In this document: piece by piece, positions 39,508-48,670 of the stretch
Layout: each line of letters begins with the position of its first letter
Numbering within the stretch: the first letter of the stretch is position 1
Origin: Salinispira sp.
Lineage (GTDB): Bacteria > Spirochaetota > Spirochaetia > DSM-27196 > Salinispiraceae
Direction: 5' to 3'
Length of the DNA stretch: 64,000 bases
Assembly (NCBI GenBank): GCA_965602015.1
Contig: OZ271918.1
Span: 1,856,001-1,920,000 of the forward strand
Position numbers and translations under genes: made by a program
The notes under the pieces: model-generated
The model's input: only the letters and a program-made list of their open reading frames with translations
Databases searched by the model: none
What the model was told of the DNA's origin: nothing

Positions 39508-41283
39508 TTACTCTCCAGTCGGCGAGGTATTCATCGACCGGAGGAAGGCCTCATTATTCTTAGTTTTCCTCATCCTGTCAATAAGAAGCTCCAGGACCTC
39601 GGTGTCCTCCATGGGGTTGATAACCTTGCGAAGGACCCACATTTTTTGGAGTTCGGTTTCTGCAAGCAGCAGGTCCTCCCGGCGGGTGCCCGAGCGCTTA
39701 ATATTAAAGGCGGGAAAGAGCCGGCGATCTGCCATTTTTCGGTCGAGATTGACCTCCATATTGCCGGTTCCCTTGAATTCCTCGAAGATAACCTCGTCCA
39801 TTCGGCTCCCGGTTTCGATGAGGGCGGTAGCCACGATGGTAAGGCTGCCGCCGTGTTCAATATTCCGTGCGGCTCCGAAAAAACGCTTCGGTTTATGAAG
39901 TGCGTTGGAATCCACACCACCGGAGAGAATTTTACCCGAGGTGGGAACAGTCTGGTTGTATGCCCGAGCAAGCCTCGTAATTGAGTCCAGCAGAATAACA
40001 ACGTCCTTGCCGTGCTCAACCAGGCGGCGGGCCTTTTCAAGCACCATCTCCGCTACCTGCACGTGCCGGGTAGCCTGCTCATCAAACGTTGAGGAGATGA
40101 CTTCGGCTTTAACGTTTCGCTGCATGTCGGTTACCTCTTCGGGACGCTCATCGATGAGCAGGACAATGAGGTAGACTTCAGGATGGTTTTCCGTAATGGC
40201 ATTGGCGATTCTCTGCAGCAGAATGGTTTTACCGGTTCTCGGGGGGGCGACAATAAGCCCGCGCTGGCCCTTACCGATGGGACAAAACAGATTTATCATC
40301 CTGGTGGATTTTTCCCCGTTTTTTGTCTCCATGTTCAGCCGCTCGTCGGGATACAGGGGCGTGAGGTTGTCAAAGGGTATCCGGGTTTGAGCTACCGTGG
40401 GATTGTCGAAGTTGACCGATTCAACCCGAAGCATGGCGAAAAACCGCTCGCCGTCTTTCGGCGGACGGATTTGCCCGTACACCGTGTCGCCGGTCTTTAG
40501 ATTAAAGAGGCGTATCTGACTCGGGGAAATATAAATATCGTCAGGTCCTGGAAGGTAGGAGTTTTGCGGCGAACGCAGGAAGCCGTACCCGTCGGGAAGT
40601 ATTTCAAGGCTTCCGTAGGCGTAAATGGTGCCGTTCCGCTCGGTATGCGCCTTGAGAATGGCGAAAATTATCTCCTGCTTCTTGAGGGACAGCATGTTTT
40701 CCTTGCTGATTCCCATTTGTCCGGCCAAATCTCTCAGCCCCTGCATGTGGGTGGTAATCAGGTCGTTGATGCTCAGGGAACGGCTCATGGCTTTCTGACC
40801 GGTGCCCGAAGACCCTCCATTGCCGCCGCCTCCCTTGGAGTTGGCTCGCTCGGCGGAGTCTGACGCGCTGTTGTCGTCGCGGCTATCTCCGTTGTCTTTT
40901 TTCACCTCGACCCTAACCTTGCGCTTGCGCGAACGGCCTGAATTTTTTCGTGGTGAATCTTTTTCCCTGGCTTCCCGGGAGGAAGAAGCATCTGCAGTGG
41001 CTTCCTCACCGTCGGCGGCCTCGTTCTTTTCACCTTCGCTTTTGTCTGTTGTGTCAGATTCTTGGGGAGGGGAACTAGCGCCTGGTTGGGAACCTTCGTC
41101 GGGAGCAGCATGTTCGCTCTGTGCGGCGGATGCCTGGTCAGACGGGGTTTGATTGTTTGATTGCTCGGAGGATTCGGTCTGCCCGTTCTGCTCATCGCCG
41201 GGATTGCCGTTGGTGGGGTTTTCGTTTGAGGACAATGCGTCGTCGGAAGCATTATCCTCTCGTTTTCTTCTGATAATTGGCAT
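39508..41283 (-). CDS. rho: Transcription termination factor Rho with long low-complexity N-extension
   Basis: [45 protein letters not shown]. Confidence 0.97.
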   Translation of the reverse strand: MPIIRRKREDNASDDALSSNENPTNGNPGDEQNGQTESSEQSNNQTPSDQASAAQSEHAAPDEGSQPGASSPPQESDTTDKSEGEKNEAADGEEATADASSSREAREKDSPRKNSGRSRKRKVRVEVKKDNGDSRDDNSASDSAERANSKGGGGNGGSSGTGQKAMSRSLSINDLITTHMQGLRDLAGQMGISKENMLSLKKQEIIFAILKAHTERNGTIYAYGSLEILPDGYGFLRSPQNSYLPGPDDIYISPSQIRLFNLKTGDTVYGQIRPPKDGERFFAMLRVESVNFDNPTVAQTRIPFDNLTPLYPDERLNMETKNGEKSTRMINLFCPIGKGQRGLIVAPPRTGKTILLQRIANAITENHPEVYLIVLLIDERPEEVTDMQRNVKAEVISSTFDEQATRHVQVAEMVLEKARRLVEHGKDVVILLDSITRLARAYNQTVPTSGKILSGGVDSNALHKPKRFFGAARNIEHGGSLTIVATALIETGSRMDEVIFEEFKGTGNMEVNLDRKMADRRLFPAFNIKRSGTRREDLLLAETELQKMWVLRKVINPMEDTEVLELLIDRMRKTKNNEAFLRSMNTSPTGE

Positions 41284-41372
41284 GTAAAAAACTCCAGAAA
41301 TGTTATCGGTGGTGTATGTCGCGCAATTGCTGATTTTTGAAAGGAATCAAGGAATTATTGGACTGCACGTCA

Positions 41373-41402
41373 AATATAGTATGCTGTTTCAACAACTGTC
41401 AA
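41373..41402 (-). promoter_or_regulatory. Putative sigma-70 promoter of rho
   Basis: Minus strand TTGACA-18 nt-TATATT. Confidence 0.55.
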
Positions 41403-41971
41403 GCTCCGCTCATGCTCATGAGAATTTGCATCAAAGCGGCAGTTCCGGCAAAGCTCCGCACCTGTCGTCGGTCGCCGTCAAACTCCCACCTGATAATTTC
41501 GGGCTCTCCGTTTATTCCGCTGCGTTCAGAATTACCTGCTGTGGCGATATAGACCAGGCCAACAGGCTTTTCATCGCTGCCCCCTCCCGGTCCGGCAATT
41601 CCAGTCACCGCGACGGCGATATCTGCGGGAATACGGCGCAAAACCCCCTTCGCCATTTCGCCGCAGCATTCCGCCGAAACAGCGCCATAGTTATTGAGCA
41701 CCCGGGGGGAAACCCCAAGGAGCCGGGATTTGACGTCGTTGTGGTAGCTCACGACTGATCCGAGAAACACCGAAGAACTTCCGGGAATCTCGGTGAGGTC
41801 GCGGGAAATGCCGCCGCCGGTACAGGACTCCGCGGCGGCAACGGTAAGCCCTTCTGCCCTTCCGATGGTAACGATGCGCTTGGCTACCAATTCCCGTACG
41901 GATTCCCAGGAGATGTCCGATGCGCTATGGGAATCGGGAAGCGTGAGAATCAGAGCTGAGTCATCTCGCAT
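41399..41971 (-). CDS. CinA C-terminal domain / NMN deamidase (PncC-like)
   Basis: AAESCTGG, PGSS, GAVS, TGIAGPGGG, KPVGLVY; start uncertain (up to 42064). Confidence 0.88.
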   Translation of the reverse strand: MRDDSALILTLPDSHSASDISWESVRELVAKRIVTIGRAEGLTVAAAESCTGGGISRDLTEIPGSSSVFLGSVVSYHNDVKSRLLGVSPRVLNNYGAVSAECCGEMAKGVLRRIPADIAVAVTGIAGPGGGSDEKPVGLVYIATAGNSERSGINGEPEIIRWEFDGDRRQVRSFAGTAALMQILMSMSGA

Positions 41972-42126
41972 TATCTCACTGCCGGAGCTGCCAAGGCTGC
42001 CGGAGCCGCCGCGAGTAAAATGTGCTTTGGTTATTTTTTGGGAGAACGGAAAATATATGTGCATTGCAGCCTTTTTCTCCCCGGATGCGGCAGGAAAGCC
42101 TATCGGCCAAAGAACACCGCTTGGGA

Positions 42127-42549
42127 CTAATTATGCTCGCCGGACTGGATATTTTCCCTGAGTTCCTTGGCGGGAGATGAGAAAATGTCGAGGTTTTCCG
42201 CCTTGCGTATCATTTCGCATCGGCCTTCGAATACCACACCGTCGGCGATGCGCAGTTTTACCGAGCGAACGTTCCCGTAAATTCTGGCGCTCTCGAGCAT
42301 TTCCACCATTCCGGAGGCTTCGATATTTCCCTTTACGGTTCCGCCGATTACCACATCCTGTACGAAAATATCCGCTTCAATTTCCGCGCCTTCTTCAATG
42401 TACAAAAATCCGCCGGAGGAGATTTTTCCCTTGAACCGTCCGCTGATTTTCATGGAACTGTCGAATTTGAGTTCACCGTTTAAGAACGTCTGGGAACCAA
42501 GACGGGTCTTGGTTTGCTCGAGGACACTTTTATCAAATGACGAGGGCAT
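42127..42549 (-). CDS. Bactofilin (polymer-forming cytoskeletal protein)
   Basis: Beta-helix repeats ISGRFKGKI, VIGGTVKGNI, IADGVVFEG; ATG after GGAG. Confidence 0.9.
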   Translation of the reverse strand: MPSSFDKSVLEQTKTRLGSQTFLNGELKFDSSMKISGRFKGKISSGGFLYIEEGAEIEADIFVQDVVIGGTVKGNIEASGMVEMLESARIYGNVRSVKLRIADGVVFEGRCEMIRKAENLDIFSSPAKELRENIQSGEHN

Positions 42550-42578
42550 AGAAACTCCGGATATAAACGCGGCGGGCG

Positions 42579-42800
42579 TTACTTTGTTTTCATTGTGAAC
42601 ACCCCGTCCCAATCTTCCTCGGGGGGGTTTTTTAGGTAGTGCTTGCAGCGCACCTCATAGACCCTGGAGGGGCCGTCATCGGGTTCGATTGTCCTGGCTT
42701 TTTGAAAAAACTTCAGCGCTTCCTCGAAATTCATCAGCTTATACTGACGACGTCCCTCGGCGAATAACTCCAGCAGCTGCTTTTTTTCTTCGGTTATCAT
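42579..42800 (-). CDS. Small TPR protein
   Basis: FAEGRRQY..F.EAL..F, PDDGPS, NPP..WDGVFTMKTK. Confidence 0.8.
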   Translation of the reverse strand: MITEEKKQLLELFAEGRRQYKLMNFEEALKFFQKARTIEPDDGPSRVYEVRCKHYLKNPPEEDWDGVFTMKTK

Positions 42801-42831
42801 ATATCGCTCCCGACTACGCTTAGGCCCAGGA

Positions 42832-43560
42832 TCAGATTTTTACGTTCTTAGCCTTATAACTATTAAAATGCTTCTGGTATTTCATTTCAAGGCTTTCCAG
42901 GCTAACTTCATCTTCCTTGAGCTTGTCGCCACGCGCCTGCAGGTCTTCGACCTTTTCTTCAAGCCCCCGGATTGTTGCCAGGGTCTCTTCGGTTTCGGCG
43001 ATTACCGACTGGACAAATTTTTTCACATCATCGGCATTGCCCACATCGATGTTTTGAGCCTGATCGAGCAGGTCGGCGGTGGGTTTTTTCACGTGATTGG
43101 TAAAATACAATAGTGACTGATTAAGACTCTCGGTTAATGCGATGCGTTTTTCCCGCTGAAGGATCTGCTGGGTAAGGTCGCGGTTGCGCAAGACAGCCTT
43201 GATTCGCGCGAGTACCTCGGAAAAATTAAAAGGTTTGGTGATGTAATCTTCAACACCAAGCTCGAATCCCTCGATTTTATCCTTCACGTCATCCATGGCG
43301 GAAAACATGACCACTGGAATTGTCGCGTAGTCTGCATACTCAGCGTCGTTCTTGATGATTTTTGTCACTTCCCAGCCGGACAGCCGGGGCATAATGTTGT
43401 CAAGAATGATGAGGTCCGGGTTGCACTCTTTCACTTTTTGAAGAGCCCGTTCGCCGTCCTCCGCCTTCTCAACGCTGAAACCGAGTTTGGAGAGCATGAC
43501 TTCAAAGAAATCGAGGTTTATCTGCTCATCATCAACTATTAAAATTTTCTCTTTTTTCAT
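42832..43560 (-). CDS. Response regulator (receiver plus coiled-coil output)
   Basis: IVDDE, ILDNIMP, YITKPF; no DNA-binding domain. Confidence 0.9.
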   Translation of the reverse strand: MKKEKILIVDDEQINLDFFEVMLSKLGFSVEKAEDGERALQKVKECNPDLIILDNIMPRLSGWEVTKIIKNDAEYADYATIPVVMFSAMDDVKDKIEGFELGVEDYITKPFNFSEVLARIKAVLRNRDLTQQILQREKRIALTESLNQSLLYFTNHVKKPTADLLDQAQNIDVGNADDVKKFVQSVIAETEETLATIRGLEEKVEDLQARGDKLKEDEVSLESLEMKYQKHFNSYKAKNVKI

Positions 43561-43629
43561 GCCTTATACCCCCAGGTGGCGTATGTCTATTTTCACAGGA
43601 ACTGCCTATTCTGTCAATTGACCATTGAT

Positions 43630-45300
43630 TTAGCGGATATCACGCCCAGCGCGCCGCCGGATCAACAGGGTCAGGCTGATGAGAATCGCCAGTATTCCCA
43701 GGATGAGGAAAAGATACGCAAAGGCGTCACCGATAACGGTGTATACCCCGGTGCGCTCGGTGTAGATCGGGACATCGCTGACGATATAGCTCTCGGTGAA
43801 CGGCTCGTTGCTGTCAATTATAACACCATTGGGGTCAATAACCGCGGTCATACCGCCGTTGGTCGACCGGACCATTGTCCGCCGATTTTCAACTGATCTG
43901 AAGACTGCCATCGCAAGATGCTGGGTTGCCGAGGGAACCGATTCGGACCAAGAGTCATTGGTGAGGTTGATGATGACCTCAGCCCCCCGCCTGACGAATC
44001 CCCTGGAGAGATAGCCGAAGGTATCTTCGAAACAGATTGGCGTGGCAAATTTGAGACCGTTGACATCAAAAATTGTCCACTCGTCGCCCTGGTACCAGAA
44101 GCTGGTGTCGTTCTCCACCAAGAGGCGATGAAGCCAGGGGAACTGACGCTCATAGGGGAAGTGTTCGGTGAACGGAACGAGGTGGAGCTTCCGGTATATT
44201 TCCCGGTCCTGCCTGTTGGTATACACATACACGGCGTTATAGTCATGACGCTCGAATTCCCCGTCATCATTGAGCACCAGCTGACCGTCCCCGTTGCCGA
44301 TGATAAAGGGCCGGCTCTGCCCGTCGATGTAATCAAGCAGCTCATCCACCAACTCGTAGCGCTCGGGGTCGGTGCGGTAGCGGCTATGCCAGTCAATAGA
44401 GGGAATAAAACTCGTTTCGGACCACACCACGAATTCCGCATCAGGAGCCTCGTTCAGGGCCAAATCAGTCTGCCGGATGCTCGCGTCCATTGATGCCCGG
44501 TATGCCCGGGTCCCGCCTATCCACGGGTCGACATTTTGCTGTACCAGAATCATTTTTCGCTGGGGTGAGTCGCTGTAGTCAACTTGGGAAAAAAAACCGG
44601 CCAGGGGGGCCACTACTACCAGTGAAACAAGTGCGATGATTTCGGTCCTTCGCCCTGCGGCTAATTCTTTCAGGAAGACGCCGATCCCCTCTTTCCATTG
44701 TGCTGCGGCAGGTTCCAGGCGGGAAGCCAGGAAAATCTGGGGAGCCAACACCACCAGCGAGACCCCCCACACCCCGGTGAACTGTGCGAAGTTGACCAGA
44801 GGAATATTGAGATACTGGGTATACCCGATAATACCGTAGGCATAGCCGAGAAAGCCCTGCGTTCGAAGAAACTCATACGCCAGCCAGATAACCAGCTGCC
44901 CCAGCCATGCCGCCCGTCCCAAAGCCAAAACCGGAAGCTTGAGCAGGGGCAGAAGGATGGTGTAATACGCCGCGTATATGACCGGAACGATAAAAATCGC
45001 CATCGGGTGGAAATTAATCAGCCATACGTTAAATGTCGCATAGGTGGCAAAACCGGTCAGGGGGCCGTAGATAAACAGACGCCACAGCGGCGCCCGGTTA
45101 ACCACCCAGAACAGGGGAAGAAGGGCTGCAAACCCCAAAAACCCGAACCCGTCGTAGTGTATGTCATTCGGAAAAGCCAGATAAAACAAAAGAACTGACA
45201 GCGAAAGGGCCGTCAGTTCTTGTATTATCCGGGCCGGAGATTTCCATCTCCGGGCGCCAGACGTCGCTGTTTCCGTTGCATGTACTGTGGAAGCCTTCAC
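43630..45300 (-). CDS. lnt: Apolipoprotein N-acyltransferase (second paralogue)
   Basis: TMs; WSET, KLHLVPFTE, ICFED, NLTNDSW. Confidence 0.92.
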   Translation of the reverse strand: MKASTVHATETATSGARRWKSPARIIQELTALSLSVLLFYLAFPNDIHYDGFGFLGFAALLPLFWVVNRAPLWRLFIYGPLTGFATYATFNVWLINFHPMAIFIVPVIYAAYYTILLPLLKLPVLALGRAAWLGQLVIWLAYEFLRTQGFLGYAYGIIGYTQYLNIPLVNFAQFTGVWGVSLVVLAPQIFLASRLEPAAAQWKEGIGVFLKELAAGRRTEIIALVSLVVVAPLAGFFSQVDYSDSPQRKMILVQQNVDPWIGGTRAYRASMDASIRQTDLALNEAPDAEFVVWSETSFIPSIDWHSRYRTDPERYELVDELLDYIDGQSRPFIIGNGDGQLVLNDDGEFERHDYNAVYVYTNRQDREIYRKLHLVPFTEHFPYERQFPWLHRLLVENDTSFWYQGDEWTIFDVNGLKFATPICFEDTFGYLSRGFVRRGAEVIINLTNDSWSESVPSATQHLAMAVFRSVENRRTMVRSTNGGMTAVIDPNGVIIDSNEPFTESYIVSDVPIYTERTGVYTVIGDAFAYLFLILGILAILISLTLLIRRRAGRDIR

Positions 45301-45321
45301 AAAATTACCCCGAAACAGTTC

Positions 45322-45624
45322 CTATTTTCTCAGCGGCCATGCGCTGTCTTTTAACTCTTTACCCGGACGGAAGTTTACCACGCCGTGATCCTCAACCTTC
45401 ACAGTCTGACCGGTTTTCGGATTGCGGGCTTTTTCCCTTCCCTTGCGGGTGCGGATCTCGAAGGTGCCGAAGCCCCGGAGTTCGATAATCCGATCTTCAG
45501 CCAGGGCGTCCTTCACCTGCATCAGCATCAAATCGATGATGTGGTGGACGCTCTTTTTCGGAAGACCTGTCGACTCAGAAATATTGTCGACGATCTCCGC
45601 CTTAGTCATTTTTACTTTGGACAC
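45322..45624 (-). CDS. hbb: HU/IHF family DNA-binding protein (Hbb-like)
   Basis: IELRGFGTF, ARNPKTG, FRPGKELK; downstream of rpsT. Confidence 0.88.
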   Translation of the reverse strand: MSKVKMTKAEIVDNISESTGLPKKSVHHIIDLMLMQVKDALAEDRIIELRGFGTFEIRTRKGREKARNPKTGQTVKVEDHGVVNFRPGKELKDSAWPLRK

Positions 45625-45756
45625 AAAAACTCCTCATCACCGGTATAAAAAATGGCCCGCTCGAGGATTCCCATTGGCGGGAACCATCTGTCGGGCTAAA
45701 CGGGTGAAGGATAAAAACTCCGCCCCGTCAAAACGCCGGGGCAAAAGCTTTCAGAA

Positions 45757-46020
45757 TTAGTTCATGCTGTTAAGGTGTTTCGCCAGACGTGATTTCTTGC
45801 GGGCTACTGTATTCTTGTGCATGATGCCGCGGCTCACAGCAGTGTCCATCAGCTTTTTGATAGCATTAAATTGCTTGTCCGCACCGTCTTTACTACCGTC
45901 GTTTACCGATACGAGAAACTTCTTGATTGCGCTGCGGATTTCGCTCTTCGCCGTGCGGTTCCGCATGCGACGGCCCACACTCTGGCGGTGACGCTTTTCA
46001 GCTGTTTTTGAATTCGCCAA
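45757..46020 (-). CDS. rpsT: 30S ribosomal protein S20
   Basis: MANSKTAEKR, HKNTVARKKSRL. Confidence 0.96.
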   Translation of the reverse strand: MANSKTAEKRHRQSVGRRMRNRTAKSEIRSAIKKFLVSVNDGSKDGADKQFNAIKKLMDTAVSRGIMHKNTVARKKSRLAKHLNSMN

Positions 46021-46080
46021 GGATTAACCTCCGATGAGTTTTGCGTTACAATGGGCATCGCTGCCGTGCAACAGGCGCAA

Positions 46081-46109
46081 AAACTATCAGATAAATCTTT
46101 AGCTGTCAA
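46081..46109 (-). promoter_or_regulatory. Sigma-70 promoter of rpsT
   Basis: Minus strand TTGACA-17 nt-TAGTTT with TG extension. Confidence 0.7.
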
Positions 46110-46127
46110 TAGTATATGCGAGGTCAT

Positions 46128-46880
46128 ATGAATGTGCTGATTTTCCTGAGTCTTGTCCTGTTTTATCTCATTGTAATAGATATCCGCCTTGCGGCGATCA
46201 GCATTTTTCTCAAAGACCGACGGAGGGATCTGGCTGTGCAGCGCCAGGGAGTCCTCGGTTCCCGGTGGATCCTGTTTTGGGGAGAGCGGCTTATCGGCCT
46301 CAAGGTGAGAATGGAGACCCCGTCGGAACCCCTGCCCGCCCGGTTCGTGATGCTCGCCAATCACCAAAGCCTGCTGGACATTCTGGTTGCCTTGGCCGGT
46401 TTTCCCGATTCGCCCCTGAGATTCGTGGCAAAGCGCGAGCTGGGGCGCCTGGTTCCCGGTGCGTCCCGGGTCCTGCGCTACGGCCGCCATGCGCTGATAC
46501 ACAGAAAAAGCAACCTCAGGCAGACCGCCGCGGCGCTCAAGCTATTCGCCCGGCGATGCGAACGCCGGCACTGGTGCCCGGTCATTTTTCCCGAAGGAAC
46601 CCGGAGCCTGGACGGAAAGCTCAAGAAATTCCATCCGGGGGCATATCGATTCGTGCAGGAGCCCCTTATGCTGCCGACGGTTGTGCTAGCCATTGACGGC
46701 GGGTGGAAATTCAGCCATTTCAAAGACTTTCTTCGCAAAAAAGCGTATTTTTACCGCATACGGGTCGTATCAGTTTTGCCGCCGCCTGCCAGCCCCAAGG
46801 GCATCGCCGCTGACCTCGAAACCGCCCGCAATCGAATCCAGGATCAGCTGGAAAGCTGGGGCTCTGGACAACCCGCATAG
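46128..46880 (+). CDS. Lysophospholipid acyltransferase (PlsC-like)
   Basis: NHQSLLD, FVAKREL, FPEGTRS. Confidence 0.9.
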   Translation: MNVLIFLSLVLFYLIVIDIRLAAISIFLKDRRRDLAVQRQGVLGSRWILFWGERLIGLKVRMETPSEPLPARFVMLANHQSLLDILVALAGFPDSPLRFVAKRELGRLVPGASRVLRYGRHALIHRKSNLRQTAAALKLFARRCERRHWCPVIFPEGTRSLDGKLKKFHPGAYRFVQEPLMLPTVVLAIDGGWKFSHFKDFLRKKAYFYRIRVVSVLPPPASPKGIAADLETARNRIQDQLESWGSGQPA

Positions 46881-46924
46881 CCCAAGCCTTACTGCGCACG
46901 GCACATCATTCCCGGGAGGCACTG

Positions 46925-48670
46925 TTGTTCAAGGAATACCGCACATTAATTCGCCACATGAAACCCTACCGCTGGTGGTACCTGGCCGGCTTCGTCAGCC
47001 TGGTTGCCACCAACGGCTTCCAGCTGCTGATACCTCAGTTCATCCGCCGGGTCATCGACACCTTGACCCTGCCACAGTTCGCGTTGGCTGACGTCGGGAG
47101 GATTGCCCTCTCCATGCTTGCCGCCGCCGCTGTGGTGGGTCTGGGCCGGCTGGGCTGGAGGTTTTTTCTGGGGACCACCTCCCGCAGAATCGAAGCGACT
47201 ATCAGGGAAGATCTGTTCACCCATTTGATGAAGCTCGATACCCGATTCTATCAGGAGAACAGCATCGGCGACCTGATGGCCCGGGCCACCAATGATATGA
47301 GGAGCATCAGGATGGCTTCCAGTATCGCGTTGGTCGCCGCGTTCGACGGTTTGTTTATTACCGTATTTGTGCTTATCATCCTCTTCAGTCAAAATGCCCG
47401 GCTGGCGTCATTGGTCATCATCCCGCTTCCGGCCATTACGGTGCTTTTGATTTACTTCGGAAAATTCATTGGACCACTGTTCAAAAGCGTTCAAGAGGGC
47501 TTTTCCAAACTCAGCGATCACAGCCAGGAAACCTTCGCGGGAATACGGATTATCAAATCCTTTGTCAAGGAAGGCTTTTTTACCCGCCGTTTCGCCGTTC
47601 TAAATGATGAATACCGCTCGAAAAACATGCGGCTCACGGCGATTCACGGCGTACTCTTCCCGGTGGTGATGTTCCTCTCGGGTTTGACAATGATGATCCT
47701 TCTCATGGTGGGCGGGCGGCTGGCCATCCTCGAAGAGCTCACTCCAGGCGAGCTGGTTGCGACCCTGAGCTACCTTCAGATGCTCATTTGGCCGATGCTC
47801 GGCGCGGGCTTCACGGTAAACCTCCTGCAGAGGGGGGCCGCGAGCCTGGGGAGAATCAACCGCATAATGGAATATGACCCCGCAATTCAAAATCCCGAAA
47901 ATGCCTTTAGCGGCCCCCTTAAGGGAGATATACAGCTTGAGCACGTCAGCGTGGAACTGGAGGGAGCCGAAGTCCTGAACGATGTTTCCTTCATCCTGCG
48001 TCGGGGAACCCTGCTGGGAATAACCGGGCCGGTCGGGGCGGGAAAAACTACCCTGTTAAATACCCTTCCGAGAATATGCGATACGAGCTCGGGGATTATC
48101 CGCATCGGGAAGCAGGACATCGGCAGCGTGGATCTGGGTCATTTACGGGCCCAATTCGGGTACGTGCCCCAGAGAAGCTTTTTATTTTCCGCCAGCATCA
48201 GGGACAACATCTCCTTTGGAAATGAAACCCTCGCCAAGGAAGATCTCGACCGGCTTATTCACGCTGCCAGCCTGGATCAGGATTACAAGCTGTTTCCCAT
48301 GGGCTGGGATACCGTCGTCGGCGAGCGGGGAATCACCATCTCCGGCGGACAGAAGCAGCGGGTGAGCATCGCCCGGGCCCTGGCGGTGGAGCCCCCGATT
48401 CTGCTCTTGGACGATCCTCTCAGCGCCGTCGATGCGGATACCGAAGAGCGGATTCTCAGTGAAATTCTCAAGAACATCGAAGGCCGCACCGCGGTAATTG
48501 TGAGCCACAGAATATCAACGTTGAAACACTGCGACGAAATTCTGGTTCTGGAGGGCGGAGCAATCACTCAGAGGGGCAGTCACGATGAGTTAAAGGAAGG
48601 CGGGGGCTACTACCGGACCATTTTCGATATCCAGCAGGTGGAAGCGGCGACCTTGGGAGGCGTACAGTGA
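46925..48670 (+). CDS. Heterodimeric ABC exporter subunit 1 (TMD plus NBD)
   Basis: GDLMARATND, GPVGAGKT, ISGGQKQR, LLLDD. Confidence 0.92.
   Translation: MFKEYRTLIRHMKPYRWWYLAGFVSLVATNGFQLLIPQFIRRVIDTLTLPQFALADVGRIALSMLAAAAVVGLGRLGWRFFLGTTSRRIEATIREDLFTHLMKLDTRFYQENSIGDLMARATNDMRSIRMASSIALVAAFDGLFITVFVLIILFSQNARLASLVIIPLPAITVLLIYFGKFIGPLFKSVQEGFSKLSDHSQETFAGIRIIKSFVKEGFFTRRFAVLNDEYRSKNMRLTAIHGVLFPVVMFLSGLTMMILLMVGGRLAILEELTPGELVATLSYLQMLIWPMLGAGFTVNLLQRGAASLGRINRIMEYDPAIQNPENAFSGPLKGDIQLEHVSVELEGAEVLNDVSFILRRGTLLGITGPVGAGKTTLLNTLPRICDTSSGIIRIGKQDIGSVDLGHLRAQFGYVPQRSFLFSASIRDNISFGNETLAKEDLDRLIHAASLDQDYKLFPMGWDTVVGERGITISGGQKQRVSIARALAVEPPILLLDDPLSAVDADTEERILSEILKNIEGRTAVIVSHRISTLKHCDEILVLEGGAITQRGSHDELKEGGGYYRTIFDIQQVEAATLGGVQ

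Noticed and set aside
40740..41283. Long low-complexity N-terminus of Rho
   Set aside because: Common in Rho proteins of many phyla.
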